From an uncultured Gemmatimonadales bacterium (GTDB taxonomy: Bacteria > Gemmatimonadota > Gemmatimonadetes > Gemmatimonadales > Gemmatimonadaceae): a stretch of DNA of 64,000 nt. The stretch lies in NCBI GenBank assembly GCA_963850905.1, contig CAWKMU010000003.1, positions 2,880,001 through 2,944,000 of the forward strand, written 5' to 3'. Position 1 is the first letter of the stretch, and every line of letters starts with the position of its first letter. The notes below the pieces were generated by a model, which saw only the letters and a list, made by a program, of their open reading frames with translations, did no database searches and was not told the DNA's origin. Shown one piece after another: positions 52,566 through 63,694 of this stretch. Position numbers and translations under genes: made by a program.

Positions 52566-54755
52566 TCACTCGCTCGGCCGAGCTTCGAGCGACATACCGA
52601 CGTGTGCGGCCGCAAAGGCGTAGATGTCCGCCGCCTCAGCGATCTGTCGGTCGAGCGGCCGGTACCCATGGCTCCCCTCGGCCTCGACGCGAATCAACGT
52701 CGGGCGGTCGCAGCCCGGAGCGGCCGCCTGCGCGGCCTGCAGCGTCGCCGCGAACTTGAACGAATGGCTCGGCACCACCCGGTCGTCATGGTCAGCCGTC
52801 GTGAGCAACGTCGCCGGATAACACACACCGCTGTGGATGTTGTGAAGCGGTGAGTAGGCGTAGAGGTACCGGAACGCCGCGCTGTCGTCGGCAGTGCCAT
52901 ACTCCGTGGCCCAGCCCCGTCCGGCGCTGAACCGGTGGTAGCGCAACATGTCCATGACGCCCACCTGTGGCAGCGCAGCGCCGAACAGCTCCGGACGCTG
53001 CGTCATCACGGCGCCCACCAGCAACCCGCCGTTCGAGGCGCCATTGATCGCGAGGTGTGCCGGGGAAGTGATCTTCTCGTTGATGAGATACTCGGCGGCC
53101 GCGATGAAGTCGTCGAACACGTGCTGCTTCTTCTCGAACATGCCCGCGTGATGCCACGCCTCCCCGTATTCGCTGCCACCCCGAATGTTGGCGGTCGCGT
53201 ACACGCCGCCGTGCTCCAGCCACGCGATGACGGGCTGCGAAAACGTCGGCGTGATGTCGATGCTGAAGCCGCCGTACCCATACAGCATGGTTGGATTCGC
53301 GCCGTCGCGCTGCATGTCCTTGCGATGCGTGATGAACATCGGAACGCGTGTGCCATCTTTGGAGTGGAAGAACACACGCTCCGTGACGAACGGACTCGGA
53401 TCGAAGGTGAGATGCGATGCCTCGAACGGCTGGCCCGTACCGCGTGCCGCATCGAAGACGTAGACCTCGGTCGGGACCAGCGGCGCGGTGAACGCGTAGA
53501 GCAGCTCTGGACGGTCGAACCGACCGACGACTCCACTGGCCGTGCCCAGTCCGGGGACGGGAATCGTCCGTTCCATATGGCCATCCAAACCATATAGTCT
53601 CATCACGGACGACACGTCCTCCAGCGTCAGGACGCTGATGCGACCGGCGACGAGCGATGAGCTCTCGATCGGGGTCGTGCCTTGCGGAATGATGTCCCGC
53701 CAATGTGGCGCCGTTGGTGTGGCGATCGGTGCGGCGACCACCTTACGGTTCGGCGCGTTCCTGTCCGTTTGGAGAAAGAGCTGTCCGTGCACAACGCCCA
53801 GAGGAGCGTAGTTGGCGTCCTGGCCAGTCACGATCGGCGCGATTGGCGCCGCGATGTTGGGTTGCTGCGGGTTCCCGAGATCCGCGACGTACAACTCGTT
53901 CTTGTCGGTGCCCGAGCTCGTCCGCACGAAGAGATAGCGCCCGGTCTCGTCCACGAATCCGTCCACGTACCACGTTGGGTGATCAGGACGCGCGTAGATC
54001 TTTACGTCTGACTCTTGCGGCGTCCCAAGTTTGTGGAAGTAGACGGTCTGGTCCCTGAGCGCTGTCTCGATCTCTTTGCCCTTGGGCGGCTCTGGATACC
54101 GGGAGTAGAAAAAACCGCTACCATCCTTCGTCCACGACGCCGACGAGAACTTGACCCAGCGGATTGTATCCGACGTGTTGCGACCCGTCGCAAACTCTCG
54201 CACGTACAACGTGACCCAGTCCGAGCCGCCCTGGCTCTGTCCGTAGACATAGTGCGTGCCATCCGGCGCGGGCGAGAAATCGACGAGCGCGACCGAGCCA
54301 TCGGGCGACAGCACGTTCGGATCGAGAAGCAGACGCTCGGGTCCGTGGAGTGTCTCGCGCGTGTAGACGACAGACTGGCGCTGAAGACCTGAATTCCGGC
54401 GGTAGAACCAGTGCCCGCCTTCCCAGAACGGGACAGAGACCCGTGGGTAGTTCCACAGCGCTGTCAGGCGCGCCCTGAGCGCGTCGCGACCGGGAATGCT
54501 CGCGAGGTAATGGGAGGTGAGTGCGTTTTCAGCCGTAATCCACTGCCCGACGTCGGGCGAGTCGAGATCCTCCATCCACCGGTATGGGTCACTCACCCGC
54601 GTGCCAAAGAAGTCGTCGACTTGATCGACGTGGTGCGCCGTGGGGTAGGCGAGGCGGGTGGAGGACTGCGCGCCCAACCCCGCGCCGACGAGGCTCACGC
54701 CTAGCAGGCCGCCACTCCCCCACGCGGCGCACCGTCGCGCCCAATGGTCGCGCAT
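52566..54755 (-). CDS. Prolyl oligopeptidase (S9A), secreted
   Basis: DPYRWME, beta-propeller, YGYGGF, GASNGG (Ser), DHDDRV (Asp), GSHG (His). Confidence 0.96.
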   Translation of the reverse strand: MRDHWARRCAAWGSGGLLGVSLVGAGLGAQSSTRLAYPTAHHVDQVDDFFGTRVSDPYRWMEDLDSPDVGQWITAENALTSHYLASIPGRDALRARLTALWNYPRVSVPFWEGGHWFYRRNSGLQRQSVVYTRETLHGPERLLLDPNVLSPDGSVALVDFSPAPDGTHYVYGQSQGGSDWVTLYVREFATGRNTSDTIRWVKFSSASWTKDGSGFFYSRYPEPPKGKEIETALRDQTVYFHKLGTPQESDVKIYARPDHPTWYVDGFVDETGRYLFVRTSSGTDKNELYVADLGNPQQPNIAAPIAPIVTGQDANYAPLGVVHGQLFLQTDRNAPNRKVVAAPIATPTAPHWRDIIPQGTTPIESSSLVAGRISVLTLEDVSSVMRLYGLDGHMERTIPVPGLGTASGVVGRFDRPELLYAFTAPLVPTEVYVFDAARGTGQPFEASHLTFDPSPFVTERVFFHSKDGTRVPMFITHRKDMQRDGANPTMLYGYGGFSIDITPTFSQPVIAWLEHGGVYATANIRGGSEYGEAWHHAGMFEKKQHVFDDFIAAAEYLINEKITSPAHLAINGASNGGLLVGAVMTQRPELFGAALPQVGVMDMLRYHRFSAGRGWATEYGTADDSAAFRYLYAYSPLHNIHSGVCYPATLLTTADHDDRVVPSHSFKFAATLQAAQAAAPGCDRPTLIRVEAEGSHGYRPLDRQIAEAADIYAFAAAHVGMSLEARPSE

Positions 54756-54809
54756 CGAGTCTCCCGTCGTGCAGTGTGGACCGCGACGCCAAGCGCTCGT
54801 CGCTCGATC

Positions 54810-56618
54810 CTACATCCCTCCGCGACGTGCCGCTTCGGGCGTCGCGAGCTCGCTAATCGCTGAGGCGAGCGATTTGACGCGATCGGCGTCCGGCGCACCC
54901 TTGGATTCCTCCTGCACGCGCTTCGCCAGCTTGCGGAGCGCGGATCGCCGCTGCGCATCGTCCAGGTGCTCGGCTTTATCTAGATCTCCGCGGTCGGCTG
55001 ACAACTTGTCACTGGCCAGGCCGTTGACGCGCTCGAGCTGATCGAGGTACGCTTGCGCGACCGCGATGTTCGCGGGCCACGTCAGCTTCGGTTGAGTCGT
55101 CGGATTGAACATCGCCAGATGCACAAGCTTGGCCGCGTCGATCTCATTCTGCGAGAGATACTGACTCGGCTTGAGCGCGAACACATCCAGACCCAGGCCG
55201 ATGTCCGAGCTATAGATGTAGCCGTTGTACCAGTAGGCACCCCACGAGCCGCCGAGCAGCAACCGGTTCGCGTCGAGGGGGCCTCGGTCGAAGTACGCGA
55301 TCTCCTTTGGATGGGCCGGATCCGTGAAGTCGAAGACGGAGATGCCACCTTGATACCAGCCCTGGACCAGGATGTCGCGGCCCGGAATCGGAATGAGCGA
55401 CCCGTTGTGGGCCACGCAGTTCTTCTCAGCCTGCTGCGGAGCGGGCAGCTTGTAATACCCGTCGAGGTGCAACGTGCGATCCGGCGCGATGGTAAAGATC
55501 GCGTCCGCACCCCACTTCGGCGGGTCGGTGGCTCGACACCTGGCGGCCCACCCGCCGCCCCACTCGTCCGTGAAGAGGATCTTCTTGCCATCGTTGGTGA
55601 ACGTGGCCGAGTGCCAGTACGCGAAGTTCGGGTCACTCACTTCAGCGATGCGCTTTGGGTCGGCCGGGTTGCGGATATCCAGCAGGATCCCGTTGCCGGA
55701 GCAGGCACCGGCGCCGAGCCCCAGGGCCGGATACACCGTGATGTCGTGGCACTGGTTTGTCTCGGCGGTCGCCTGGATGCCGTTCAGCGTGTCGCCACGA
55801 TTGGATTTGGCGAGTCCGTTGACCGCGCCGGTCTTCGCATCCGCAAAGAGGCGAGGGGTCGAAACCACTTGGGCATCCTGCGGAGCGTTCAGCGGGACGC
55901 GGATTACCTCGATTCGGAAAAGCGACGTATTGGGGTCCTGTTCCGGGCGAGCGGCCGAGCATCCGGCGAGTTCAGCCGCGGGACGAACGGGTGAGATGCC
56001 CTGCACGTAGACATACACGACGTTCTTGTCGACAGGGTCCGGCACGACCGTGTTCGTGTGCGATCCGCGGCACGTTTGCACCGCCGCGACCTGCTTGGGA
56101 TGGTCGATATCGCTGATGTCGAAGATCCGCACCCCGCGCATCCGCGTCAGACTCACGGACTCGTTGGTACCACCCGCTCCGCAATCGATCCGGCCGCTCA
56201 ACCCTTCGGTGGAGACGAATAGCAAGTTGCCGTAGACGGAGATGTCGCCCTGACCGCCAGGGCACGCCGTCGACGATCGGAGCGTCGGATTCTTCGGGTC
56301 GGAGATGTCCCAGATGAGGATCCCGTGCGAGTTGCCTTGAAACAGGTAGTTGTCGCGAAAAGTGATGTCCGTGTTTGAGAAGCTGAGATCGCCCCGGTTG
56401 CCGGGGTCCGAGAAGCCGGCGGGTTTGTCCCGGTGAGATACCATGTCGAGGTTGCTGATGACCTCGGCCGGGGCGACCCAGTGCCCACCGGGCAAGCCGA
56501 CCCGGGGATCAGTCTGGCTTTGAATCTGAGCGCACACGGGGCGGGCGCTCACCAATACCCCGAGTAGGATGCCGAGCGACCCGACGGACAGGGCCACCCG
56601 AGGCGCACGACGAGTCAT
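54810..56618 (-). CDS. LVIVD-repeat-containing secreted protein
   Basis: Signal peptide, repeated (I/V)(W/F)DISDP..P motifs, CPGGQGD, TCRGSHT, CHDIT, CVAHNG. Confidence 0.85.
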   Translation of the reverse strand: MTRRAPRVALSVGSLGILLGVLVSARPVCAQIQSQTDPRVGLPGGHWVAPAEVISNLDMVSHRDKPAGFSDPGNRGDLSFSNTDITFRDNYLFQGNSHGILIWDISDPKNPTLRSSTACPGGQGDISVYGNLLFVSTEGLSGRIDCGAGGTNESVSLTRMRGVRIFDISDIDHPKQVAAVQTCRGSHTNTVVPDPVDKNVVYVYVQGISPVRPAAELAGCSAARPEQDPNTSLFRIEVIRVPLNAPQDAQVVSTPRLFADAKTGAVNGLAKSNRGDTLNGIQATAETNQCHDITVYPALGLGAGACSGNGILLDIRNPADPKRIAEVSDPNFAYWHSATFTNDGKKILFTDEWGGGWAARCRATDPPKWGADAIFTIAPDRTLHLDGYYKLPAPQQAEKNCVAHNGSLIPIPGRDILVQGWYQGGISVFDFTDPAHPKEIAYFDRGPLDANRLLLGGSWGAYWYNGYIYSSDIGLGLDVFALKPSQYLSQNEIDAAKLVHLAMFNPTTQPKLTWPANIAVAQAYLDQLERVNGLASDKLSADRGDLDKAEHLDDAQRRSALRKLAKRVQEESKGAPDADRVKSLASAISELATPEAARRGGM

Positions 56619-56787
56619 GGCTCACATCTCCTGTCGAGATCCGCGTTTATCACCACTGAACAACGATGTTGGCCGGGCGTCGAAGGTGGAAGGCGCGCCG
56701 GGTGTTGGCAAGTCCCACGTTGATGTCTTCGAAGCCACCTGCAATGCATCCGCCTGGCCCCGAGGATTGTCGTCTAGCGTCCAGCGC

Positions 56788-58131
56788 TTAGCCCTCAGAA
56801 ACGGGTTGGCGGGCGCGCGGCACCGTCAAGACCGACAACCCGGCTGCGACTGCGAGCGTCGCGATCAGGATGAGGCCAGTCGCGTAGGACCCGGTTCGCG
56901 TCGACAGATAGCCGAAAGCAACGGGGCCAGCAAAGCCCGCGACGCTCGCGATCGTGTTGATGAGGCCGACTGCTGCGGCTCCCGACGGGCCCAGCAGCTC
57001 GGTCGACAGCGACCAGAAAATCGGGACGAAGCAGAGCGACGTCGCCGAGACGATCGCCAGGAGGGTAACCGTGAGCGCGATGGAGCGCGGCTGCGTTGAC
57101 AGGCCGACCAGCGCCGCGGCCGCGATGAACTGTGGGATCGCGCAGTGCCAGCGCCGCTCCTGCGAGCGATCCGAATTCCATCCCATGATCACGACCGTCG
57201 CGACCGCGGCGAGATACGGGAGTGCTCCGAGGATGCCTACCTGCACATCCGGGAGGCTCGAGAGGCGCTTCAGCATGATGGGGAGAAAAAACACCACCGA
57301 ATATCCCATGAAGTACTGCAGGAACGCGGTGCCCCCCAACAGCATGACCAACGGGTTGAGCAGAGCATCGATCACCATGCGCATGACGCCAGCATCGGTC
57401 TCGGCCGGCGGTGCCTCCCGTTGCAGCGTCTCCTCGATCCAGCGCCGCTCCTCCTCGCCCAGCCAGGCGGCATCGCGCGGTCTGTCCGTGAGGTAGAGCG
57501 TCGCGATCGCGCCGAGGATGATGGCCGGGAATCCCTCCACTACGAAGAGCCAGCGCCAGCCCTGAATCCCGTGCCAGCTCTGGCCGAGGATCCAGCCAGC
57601 GACTGGCGATCCAATGGCGAGGGACAGCGGCACCGCGGCGAAGAAGTTACACGTTGCCTTGGCCCGGTCCGCCCTCGTGAACCATTGACTCAGGTACACG
57701 ACCACGCCCGTAAAAAAGCCACCCTCCGCGACGCCCAGCGCGAAGCGTGCGGCGTACAAATCGGCCGGTGTCCGGATCAGTGCGGTCAAGACGGTGAGTG
57801 CGCCCCAGGCGATCAAGATGAGTGCGATCACTCGGCGTGCGCTCCACCGCTCGACCAGCAGAGCGCCAATGACCTGCGTCGTGACGTAGCCCACGAAGAA
57901 CGACCCGGCGGCAAAGCCAATGACACGATCGCTGAACCCGAGGTCGCGCGACATCCCGAGCGCGGCGTAGGCTATGCTCGAGCGGTCGAGGAAGTTGGCG
58001 ACGAAGAGGGCGAAGAGAAACGGGAGCAGCCGGACTGCCGCCCGGTAGCGGGCCCGCCGGGCGACGCTACCGTCCGCCGCCGTCAGCGGATCGATTGGAG
58101 ACGCTGCCGCCACTGGAGCCTCGTTGTACAC
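56788..58131 (-). CDS. MFS transporter, ACS family (tartrate/hydroxyphenylacetate-like)
   Basis: FLDRSSI, RFALGVAEGGFF, QGWRWLFVVEG.P, NSDR..ERRWH. Confidence 0.92.
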   Translation of the reverse strand: MYNEAPVAAASPIDPLTAADGSVARRARYRAAVRLLPFLFALFVANFLDRSSIAYAALGMSRDLGFSDRVIGFAAGSFFVGYVTTQVIGALLVERWSARRVIALILIAWGALTVLTALIRTPADLYAARFALGVAEGGFFTGVVVYLSQWFTRADRAKATCNFFAAVPLSLAIGSPVAGWILGQSWHGIQGWRWLFVVEGFPAIILGAIATLYLTDRPRDAAWLGEEERRWIEETLQREAPPAETDAGVMRMVIDALLNPLVMLLGGTAFLQYFMGYSVVFFLPIMLKRLSSLPDVQVGILGALPYLAAVATVVIMGWNSDRSQERRWHCAIPQFIAAAALVGLSTQPRSIALTVTLLAIVSATSLCFVPIFWSLSTELLGPSGAAAVGLINTIASVAGFAGPVAFGYLSTRTGSYATGLILIATLAVAAGLSVLTVPRARQPVSEG

Positions 58132-58193
58132 CGTTCTAACATACCGGCCGCTAGTATAACCGTATCGGGCGCTCGACGGCGCCAGGACATCTC

Positions 58194-59882
58194 ATGCTGT
58201 GGAGTGATCTGTCTGTGACTGGATTTGTGACGCGGACACCGGGCCGACGCGAACTGAGACACATCGCCGGTTGGGCCGCATGCTGCAGTGCGGTCATGGC
58301 CCTGACTGGACGTGCGGTCGCCGCCCAAGGGGCGCCCGCGCTGGATTCGGTGCCACGCGGCTTCCCCACGGCCGATCCGGTCGTGCAGCGCATCTACGAT
58401 GAAGGGATGCACCATTCGCAAGTTGCGGGACTCGCCCAGGCGTTGATGGATTCGATCGGCCCTCGCCTGACAGGTTCACCCGCGAACCGTGCCGCGAATC
58501 AGTGGCTACTCGGTACCTACGCCGGCTGGGGCATTGCGGCCCACAACGAACAGTACGGCACGTGGCGTGACTGGACTCGCGGGCCCAGCTCGGTCACGCT
58601 CATCGCGCCTCGGTCGCGCGTGCTCGAGGCGACACAGCTCGAGTGGAGTGCGAGTACTCCCCCGGGCGGAACGATCGGCGATGTCGTCACTCTGCCGTCG
58701 GCGAGCGAGGTGCACGACGCTGCGGGCCTCGCGCGGTGGCTCGCCACGGCTGCGAAAGGGAAGTTCATCTTGATCTCGCCAGTGCAGCCCAACTGTCGTC
58801 CGGACTCGAGTTGGAAGACGTGGGCCGCGCCCGCTACCTATGGGGCCGTCCTGAAGTCTCGCGACTCGGTTCAGGCGGAGTGGGAGGCGTCCGTCGCACT
58901 GATCGGCCGCGGTCGCCGCGCCATGGCGGCCGCCTTCGCTCACGCGGGCGTCGCCGGACTGCTCAGCAACCAATGGTCGCACGGGTGGGGCGTGGACAAG
59001 ATCATGTCGCTGTACGCGACTGACACGCCCACGTTTGACCTGAGCTGCGAGGATTACACCCTGCTCGCGCGCCTCGCGCGCCACAACCAGCATCCGCGAG
59101 TGCAGGCCATCGCCCAGGCGACGGTGGCGCCGAAAGAATCGCCCGTGTACAACACGATCGCGGAGGTGAAGGGGACTGAGCATCCCGACCAATACGTCAT
59201 GCTCTCCGCGCATCTCGACTCGTGGGACGCAGGGTCCGGCGCGACTGACAACGGGACCGGAACCATCGTCATGCTCGAAGCGATGCGGCTTCTCAAAGCG
59301 GCATACCCGCATCCCAAACGGACCATTCTGGCCGGTCATTGGAGCGGCGAAGAAGAGGGCGAGATCGGCTCATCGGCGTTCGCGGTCGATCACCCCGAGG
59401 TGCTGCGAGGGCTGCAGGCGCTGCTCAATCAGGACAACGGCACGGGGAACATCGACACGGTCGATACGTACGGGTTTCTCGATGCCCCGGCGGCGTTCGC
59501 ACGCTGGATGGCGCGGGTGCCCGCGGACCTGACCGCGGCAATCACGATCGACGAGCCCGGGCTCGCGCACAACGAGGACTCCGACAGCGACCCGTTTGCG
59601 TGTCGCAACGCCCCAGGCTTTTTCCTCACGTCGGCCGATTGGGACTACACCGATTATACGTGGCACACCAATCGGGACACGTACGACAAGCTGAGCTTTA
59701 CCGACATCTCCCGGACCGCGACTCTCATTGCGCTGCTCGCGTACGAGGCGTCCGAAGATCCGCAACAATTGTCACGAGAGCGTCGCATTCCGCCGACGAG
59801 CCCGGCGACCGGCAAGGTGCTGGAGCCTCCGGAGTGCCCGCAGGTGCTGCGCTCCTGGGCCGAAGCGATCACGCGGCGATAG
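58194..59882 (+). CDS. M28-family peptidase (carboxypeptidase Q-like), secreted
   Basis: IGPRLTGS, SAHLDSWD..GATDNGTG, SGEEEG, WHT..DT.DK; start uncertain. Confidence 0.92.
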   Translation: MLWSDLSVTGFVTRTPGRRELRHIAGWAACCSAVMALTGRAVAAQGAPALDSVPRGFPTADPVVQRIYDEGMHHSQVAGLAQALMDSIGPRLTGSPANRAANQWLLGTYAGWGIAAHNEQYGTWRDWTRGPSSVTLIAPRSRVLEATQLEWSASTPPGGTIGDVVTLPSASEVHDAAGLARWLATAAKGKFILISPVQPNCRPDSSWKTWAAPATYGAVLKSRDSVQAEWEASVALIGRGRRAMAAAFAHAGVAGLLSNQWSHGWGVDKIMSLYATDTPTFDLSCEDYTLLARLARHNQHPRVQAIAQATVAPKESPVYNTIAEVKGTEHPDQYVMLSAHLDSWDAGSGATDNGTGTIVMLEAMRLLKAAYPHPKRTILAGHWSGEEEGEIGSSAFAVDHPEVLRGLQALLNQDNGTGNIDTVDTYGFLDAPAAFARWMARVPADLTAAITIDEPGLAHNEDSDSDPFACRNAPGFFLTSADWDYTDYTWHTNRDTYDKLSFTDISRTATLIALLAYEASEDPQQLSRERRIPPTSPATGKVLEPPECPQVLRSWAEAITRR

Positions 59883-59909
59883 CGTCCCGGATCCCCTCAT
59901 CTGATGGAT

Positions 59910-59939
59910 TTGACAGTCGGTCCTGTCGGCTGCCACTAT
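59910..59939 (+). promoter_or_regulatory. Putative sigma70 promoter for the DinB/SnoaL pair
   Basis: TTGACA-18 nt-CACTAT. Confidence 0.45.
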
Positions 59940-60028
59940 CCATGGTCCTCGAGTGCACGCCGTGCTGCACGGTTGGAGCTATCTACGCCCGCGCGTTGAG
60001 ATGTCCCCCCATCGCCGTGGAGGAGTCC

Positions 60029-60514
60029 GTGAAGAATTCCCGCGAGTTGTACCAGGAGACCTTTGGTGCGGAAAAGCCAAAATTCGTCCGGGTCCTGAAA
60101 GCTGTTCCCGCCGACCAGGCCGCGTACCGCCCGCACGAACGATCGAGTTCGGCCGCTGACATCGCGTGGTTGCTCGCGAGCGAGCTACACGACGCCTGCG
60201 AGCTCGTCGAGTGCGGTCAGGTGAACTTCGAGGTGACGCCAGCGCCGAGCGTTCAGGAATCCGTGGCTGCGTATGAGAAGAACGCGGCAGAGCTGGAGAA
60301 GCGGATCGCCATGGTGGACGACGCGACCTGGGACCGACCGGCTCGGTTTCTCATGGGCGACAAGGTGGCGTGGGAAGCGCCGCTCGGCGACATGCTGTTC
60401 GGATTCCTCTTCGATGCGATCCATCACCGCGGACAGCTGTCGAGCTATCTGCGGCCGATGGGCGCGAAAGTGCCCTCGATTTACGGGCCATCAGCCGACG
60501 ATCCGGGAATGTGA
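60029..60514 (+). CDS. DinB-family protein
   Basis: YRPH..S.S, IHHRGQLSSYLR..G.KVPSIYGPSAD; RBS GGAGGAG. Confidence 0.9.
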   Translation: MKNSRELYQETFGAEKPKFVRVLKAVPADQAAYRPHERSSSAADIAWLLASELHDACELVECGQVNFEVTPAPSVQESVAAYEKNAAELEKRIAMVDDATWDRPARFLMGDKVAWEAPLGDMLFGFLFDAIHHRGQLSSYLRPMGAKVPSIYGPSADDPGM

Positions 60515-60897
60515 TGGCGGCCGTGCACCAGGGGTCGGCGGATCAAGCGACCCGCGCGGTCGTGGATCAGTTCAACGACGCGTTCAACCGCCACGATGCG
60601 GACGCGGTGGGCTCGATGTTGACCGACGACACGGTGTTCGAGGATACCTCACCGGCGCCGGACGGGCGTCGCCTGGAAGGCAAGGGGTCGGTCGTGGCGT
60701 TCTGGCGGGGTTGGTTTGAGCGCAATCCTGACGCGCGTTTCGAGGCCGAAGACGTCATCGTGAGCGGCGATCGCGCGGTGGTGCGCTGGATCTATCACAA
60801 GCAGCGGAACGGCCAGCCCTGGCACATCCGTGGCGTGGACGTCTTCACGGTCCGCGCTGGGAAAGTGGCGGCGAAGCTCGCGTACGTGAAGGGCTGA
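60514..60897 (+). CDS. NTF2/SnoaL-like protein
   Basis: FNDAFNRHD...LTDD.VFE, GDRAVVRW, GVDVF.V..GKV; TGATG coupling with the DinB gene. Confidence 0.88.
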   Translation: MAAVHQGSADQATRAVVDQFNDAFNRHDADAVGSMLTDDTVFEDTSPAPDGRRLEGKGSVVAFWRGWFERNPDARFEAEDVIVSGDRAVVRWIYHKQRNGQPWHIRGVDVFTVRAGKVAAKLAYVKG

Positions 60898-61014
60898 TCC
60901 TCGATCGCTCCTGCCCGCTTCGAGGTCCGCACTAGGGGATCAACGGGCGTCGGCGATCGTATCAGATGTGACTAAACCGGGAGAGAGTCAGACGGAAGGT
61001 TCCCGAAGGATTGC

Positions 61015-62023
61015 CTAGACCGGCAGGCGGAAGAGTCGCCGTGCATTACCCTCGAATATCTTCCGTTTGCTGCTGTCATCCACGTCCATCGCGTGCACCG
61101 CCGCGATTGTCTCGCGGTACACCCGCTCGCCGAGCTGGTTGTCATATGGCGCATCCGTGGCAAAGAGGACATGGTCCGGGCCAAAAAAATCGTAGGCACA
61201 CATGAGCGCTGGCGTGTTGCCCTGAATCGCCGTGTCGCAGTAGAACATGCGGTAGTAGTCGACCGGCGCACGAGTCAAGCGCTGTCCGTCGAAGCGGTAA
61301 CCCATCCGCATTCTCGTTGAAATCCCACGACAGTTGCACGCGTTTATGGAAGTACGGGATCATCCCGCCGGCATGGTGCGTAATGACGCAAAGCGTCGGA
61401 TACTTCTCGAGAACGCCACCAAAGGCGAGGCGTGCCATTGCCATGGACGTCTCATACGGCCAGCCGAAGTTGGTGTAGATGAGGTATCGAGACGTCTGCT
61501 CCCCGGGATAATCGGGTGTGGTGTTCGTGCGGCGGGGGTGCAGGAGAATGGGTAAGTTGTGCGACGCCATCTTCTCGAACAGCGGCAAGAACTCGGGACA
61601 GTCCAGTGGCTTGCCCTGAATGTTGGTGAACACCTCCACGCCCCGGAACCGCAAGTCGTCGAGCGCGCGGTCTGCCTCGGCGAGCGCGGCGTCGACATCG
61701 TTCATGGGCAAACACGCCGCGGCGCCTGCAAACCGGTCGGGATACTTCACCACGAGCTCCGCCATTTCGTCGTTCGCGATCCTGGCGCATGCGACCGCGT
61801 CCGCCGGATCGAGGACGCTCTCGACATTCGGACCGGCGATCGTGATCAGCTGCACGACGTCAGGGTACTTATCCATCGCTCGAAACCGTGCGTCGAGATC
61901 CGTGAGGCCCGGATTCGCGTGGAAGTATTTGCCATACTGGTTCGCCAGGCGGTTGCCGGCGCGCGCGTTCCGCTCCTTCAGATATCGCGGAGGCAGCACG
62001 TGACTGAAGACGTCAATGATCAT
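61015..62023 (-). CDS. Amidohydrolase_2 family protein (ACMSD/LigW-like; apparent frameshift near 61312)
   Basis: IIDVFSH, ANDEMAE, YPDRF, LHP, ITHHAGG; FYCDTA and LFATDAPY in the next frame. Confidence 0.88.
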
Positions 62024-62074
62024 GACTCTGCGACCCTCGAAGCCAAGGGAAGGACCGCTCGTGTCGTGCAACCA

Positions 62075-63451
62075 ATGTATAGCAACGCGCCAACGCAACC
62101 GCACGGTGCGGTCTCGGGGCCGACAGGCGGTGTGCAGCTTGCTCGGGCATTGCGTTTCACCAATGCGACGGCGCTTGTCGTCGGCACGATCATCGGGGCA
62201 TCGGTCTTTGTCCAGGCGTCGGAGATCACGGCGCTCGTACCGAGCATTCCGATCATCCTCTTGGCGTGGACTGTCGCCGGAATCCTGACGCTCTTCGGGG
62301 CGCTAGTGTGTGCCGAGTTGGCCACGGCGTTTCCGCGCGCGGGCGGGGTCTATGTCTTCTTGCGAGAGACCTTCGGCCCGTTGGCTGGTTTTCTCTGGGG
62401 CTGGTCGATGTTCTGGATCATGCATTCCGGGATCATTGCCGTCATGGCCATGGTGTTCGCCCGGTACATAGGCTTTTTCACGCCGCTCGATGATCGGGGG
62501 ATTCGAGCCGTGGCGATTGGGACGATCCTCGTGATCTCGGGGATCAACTATTTCGGCGTGAAGTTCGGGGGTAGGCTCCAGACGATGTTCACGGTCGGCA
62601 AGGTGCTGGCGATCGTGCTCCTGCTGGTCATCGGATTCACCGTCGGGTCGCACCTGCCCGCGCATTTCAGATATGCCGAGCCTGGGTCCACGTTCACGGC
62701 TGCCCCGGTCACCGGGGAAGGCTTTCTGTTGGCCTTGATCGCGGGTTTGTTCACGTTCGGTGGCTGGCACATCGTGACATACACTGCCGAGGAAACCATC
62801 GATCCGGAACGAACGATTCCGCGGGCGTTGATGATCGGCATTGGGGTGGCGACGGTCTGCTATGTCGCCCTCAACGCGGTGTACTTCTACGTGCTCCCGC
62901 TGGATCGCGTGGCCGCGTCCCCGCGGGTCGCCGCCGATGCGGCGGTCGCGCTGATCGGTAGCCGTGGCGGCGCTGTGATCTCTGGTCTGGTAGCCTTCTC
63001 GGCCTTCGGTGCCATGAGCGGGAGCATTCTCGCAGCGCCGCGGGTGTATTTCGCCATGGCGAGAGATCGCCTGGCGTTCCGCTGGATCGGGCACGTGCAC
63101 CCGCGGTTTCGGACGCCGCACCGTGCGATCGTGCTGCAGGCGGTGTGGGCGAGCGTGCTCGTCTGGACCGGCACGTATCGGCAGTTATTCAGCCGCGTGA
63201 TTTTCATCGAGTGGGCGTTCTTCGCCGTGATGGCAGCAGGCGTGTTCGTCCTCCGTCGGCGCCCAAACTATCGCCCGGCGTACCGGATGTGGGGTTACCC
63301 CTGGGTGCCCGTGGCATTCATCATCGCGTCGGCCGCCATCGTCATCAATCGCTTGCGATCGCAGCCCCTGGATAGCGTGCTCGGTTTGGCACTGGTGGCG
63401 CTTGGCGTGCCGGTCTATCTCGCCTGGCGGCAGCGTCGTCCCGAGGGGTGA
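62075..63451 (+). CDS. APC-family amino acid permease
   Basis: VGTIIGASVF, AELAT.FP.AGG.YV, FGGW, EE..DPE, PRVYFAMARD, RP.YR.WGYP. Confidence 0.93.
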   Translation: MYSNAPTQPHGAVSGPTGGVQLARALRFTNATALVVGTIIGASVFVQASEITALVPSIPIILLAWTVAGILTLFGALVCAELATAFPRAGGVYVFLRETFGPLAGFLWGWSMFWIMHSGIIAVMAMVFARYIGFFTPLDDRGIRAVAIGTILVISGINYFGVKFGGRLQTMFTVGKVLAIVLLLVIGFTVGSHLPAHFRYAEPGSTFTAAPVTGEGFLLALIAGLFTFGGWHIVTYTAEETIDPERTIPRALMIGIGVATVCYVALNAVYFYVLPLDRVAASPRVAADAAVALIGSRGGAVISGLVAFSAFGAMSGSILAAPRVYFAMARDRLAFRWIGHVHPRFRTPHRAIVLQAVWASVLVWTGTYRQLFSRVIFIEWAFFAVMAAGVFVLRRRPNYRPAYRMWGYPWVPVAFIIASAAIVINRLRSQPLDSVLGLALVALGVPVYLAWRQRRPEG

Positions 63452-63694
63452 TCGTAGGGGACCGGGAGGGGACGGACTCGCGCTCAGCGGTCGATAGCCC
63501 GACTCCGATGCCGCCCACCGATCGGGGTGTCCGGCGCCGCAGCGGTCTAAGGCCTCAAGCCCCGGGTAGCGAGAAGCGGGTAGCCGCAGTGGAGCGGGAC
63601 TCGAATCGGTCCGGATATATCGCGGACGCGCGCAGCGGAGGACTTCGCTCAACGCGCCTGATGCGGTAGCGTTATTTTGCAACTGTTCGACCAA

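Noticed and set aside
60965..61014. Glycine-riboswitch-like words (GGAGAGA...CCGAAGG)
   Set aside because: Lies between convergent 3' ends and lacks the CTCTCAGG element and stems
63448..63669. 73-aa ORF after the permease
   Set aside because: No RBS or motif, Arg/Ser-rich, overlaps the probable tRNA promoter region
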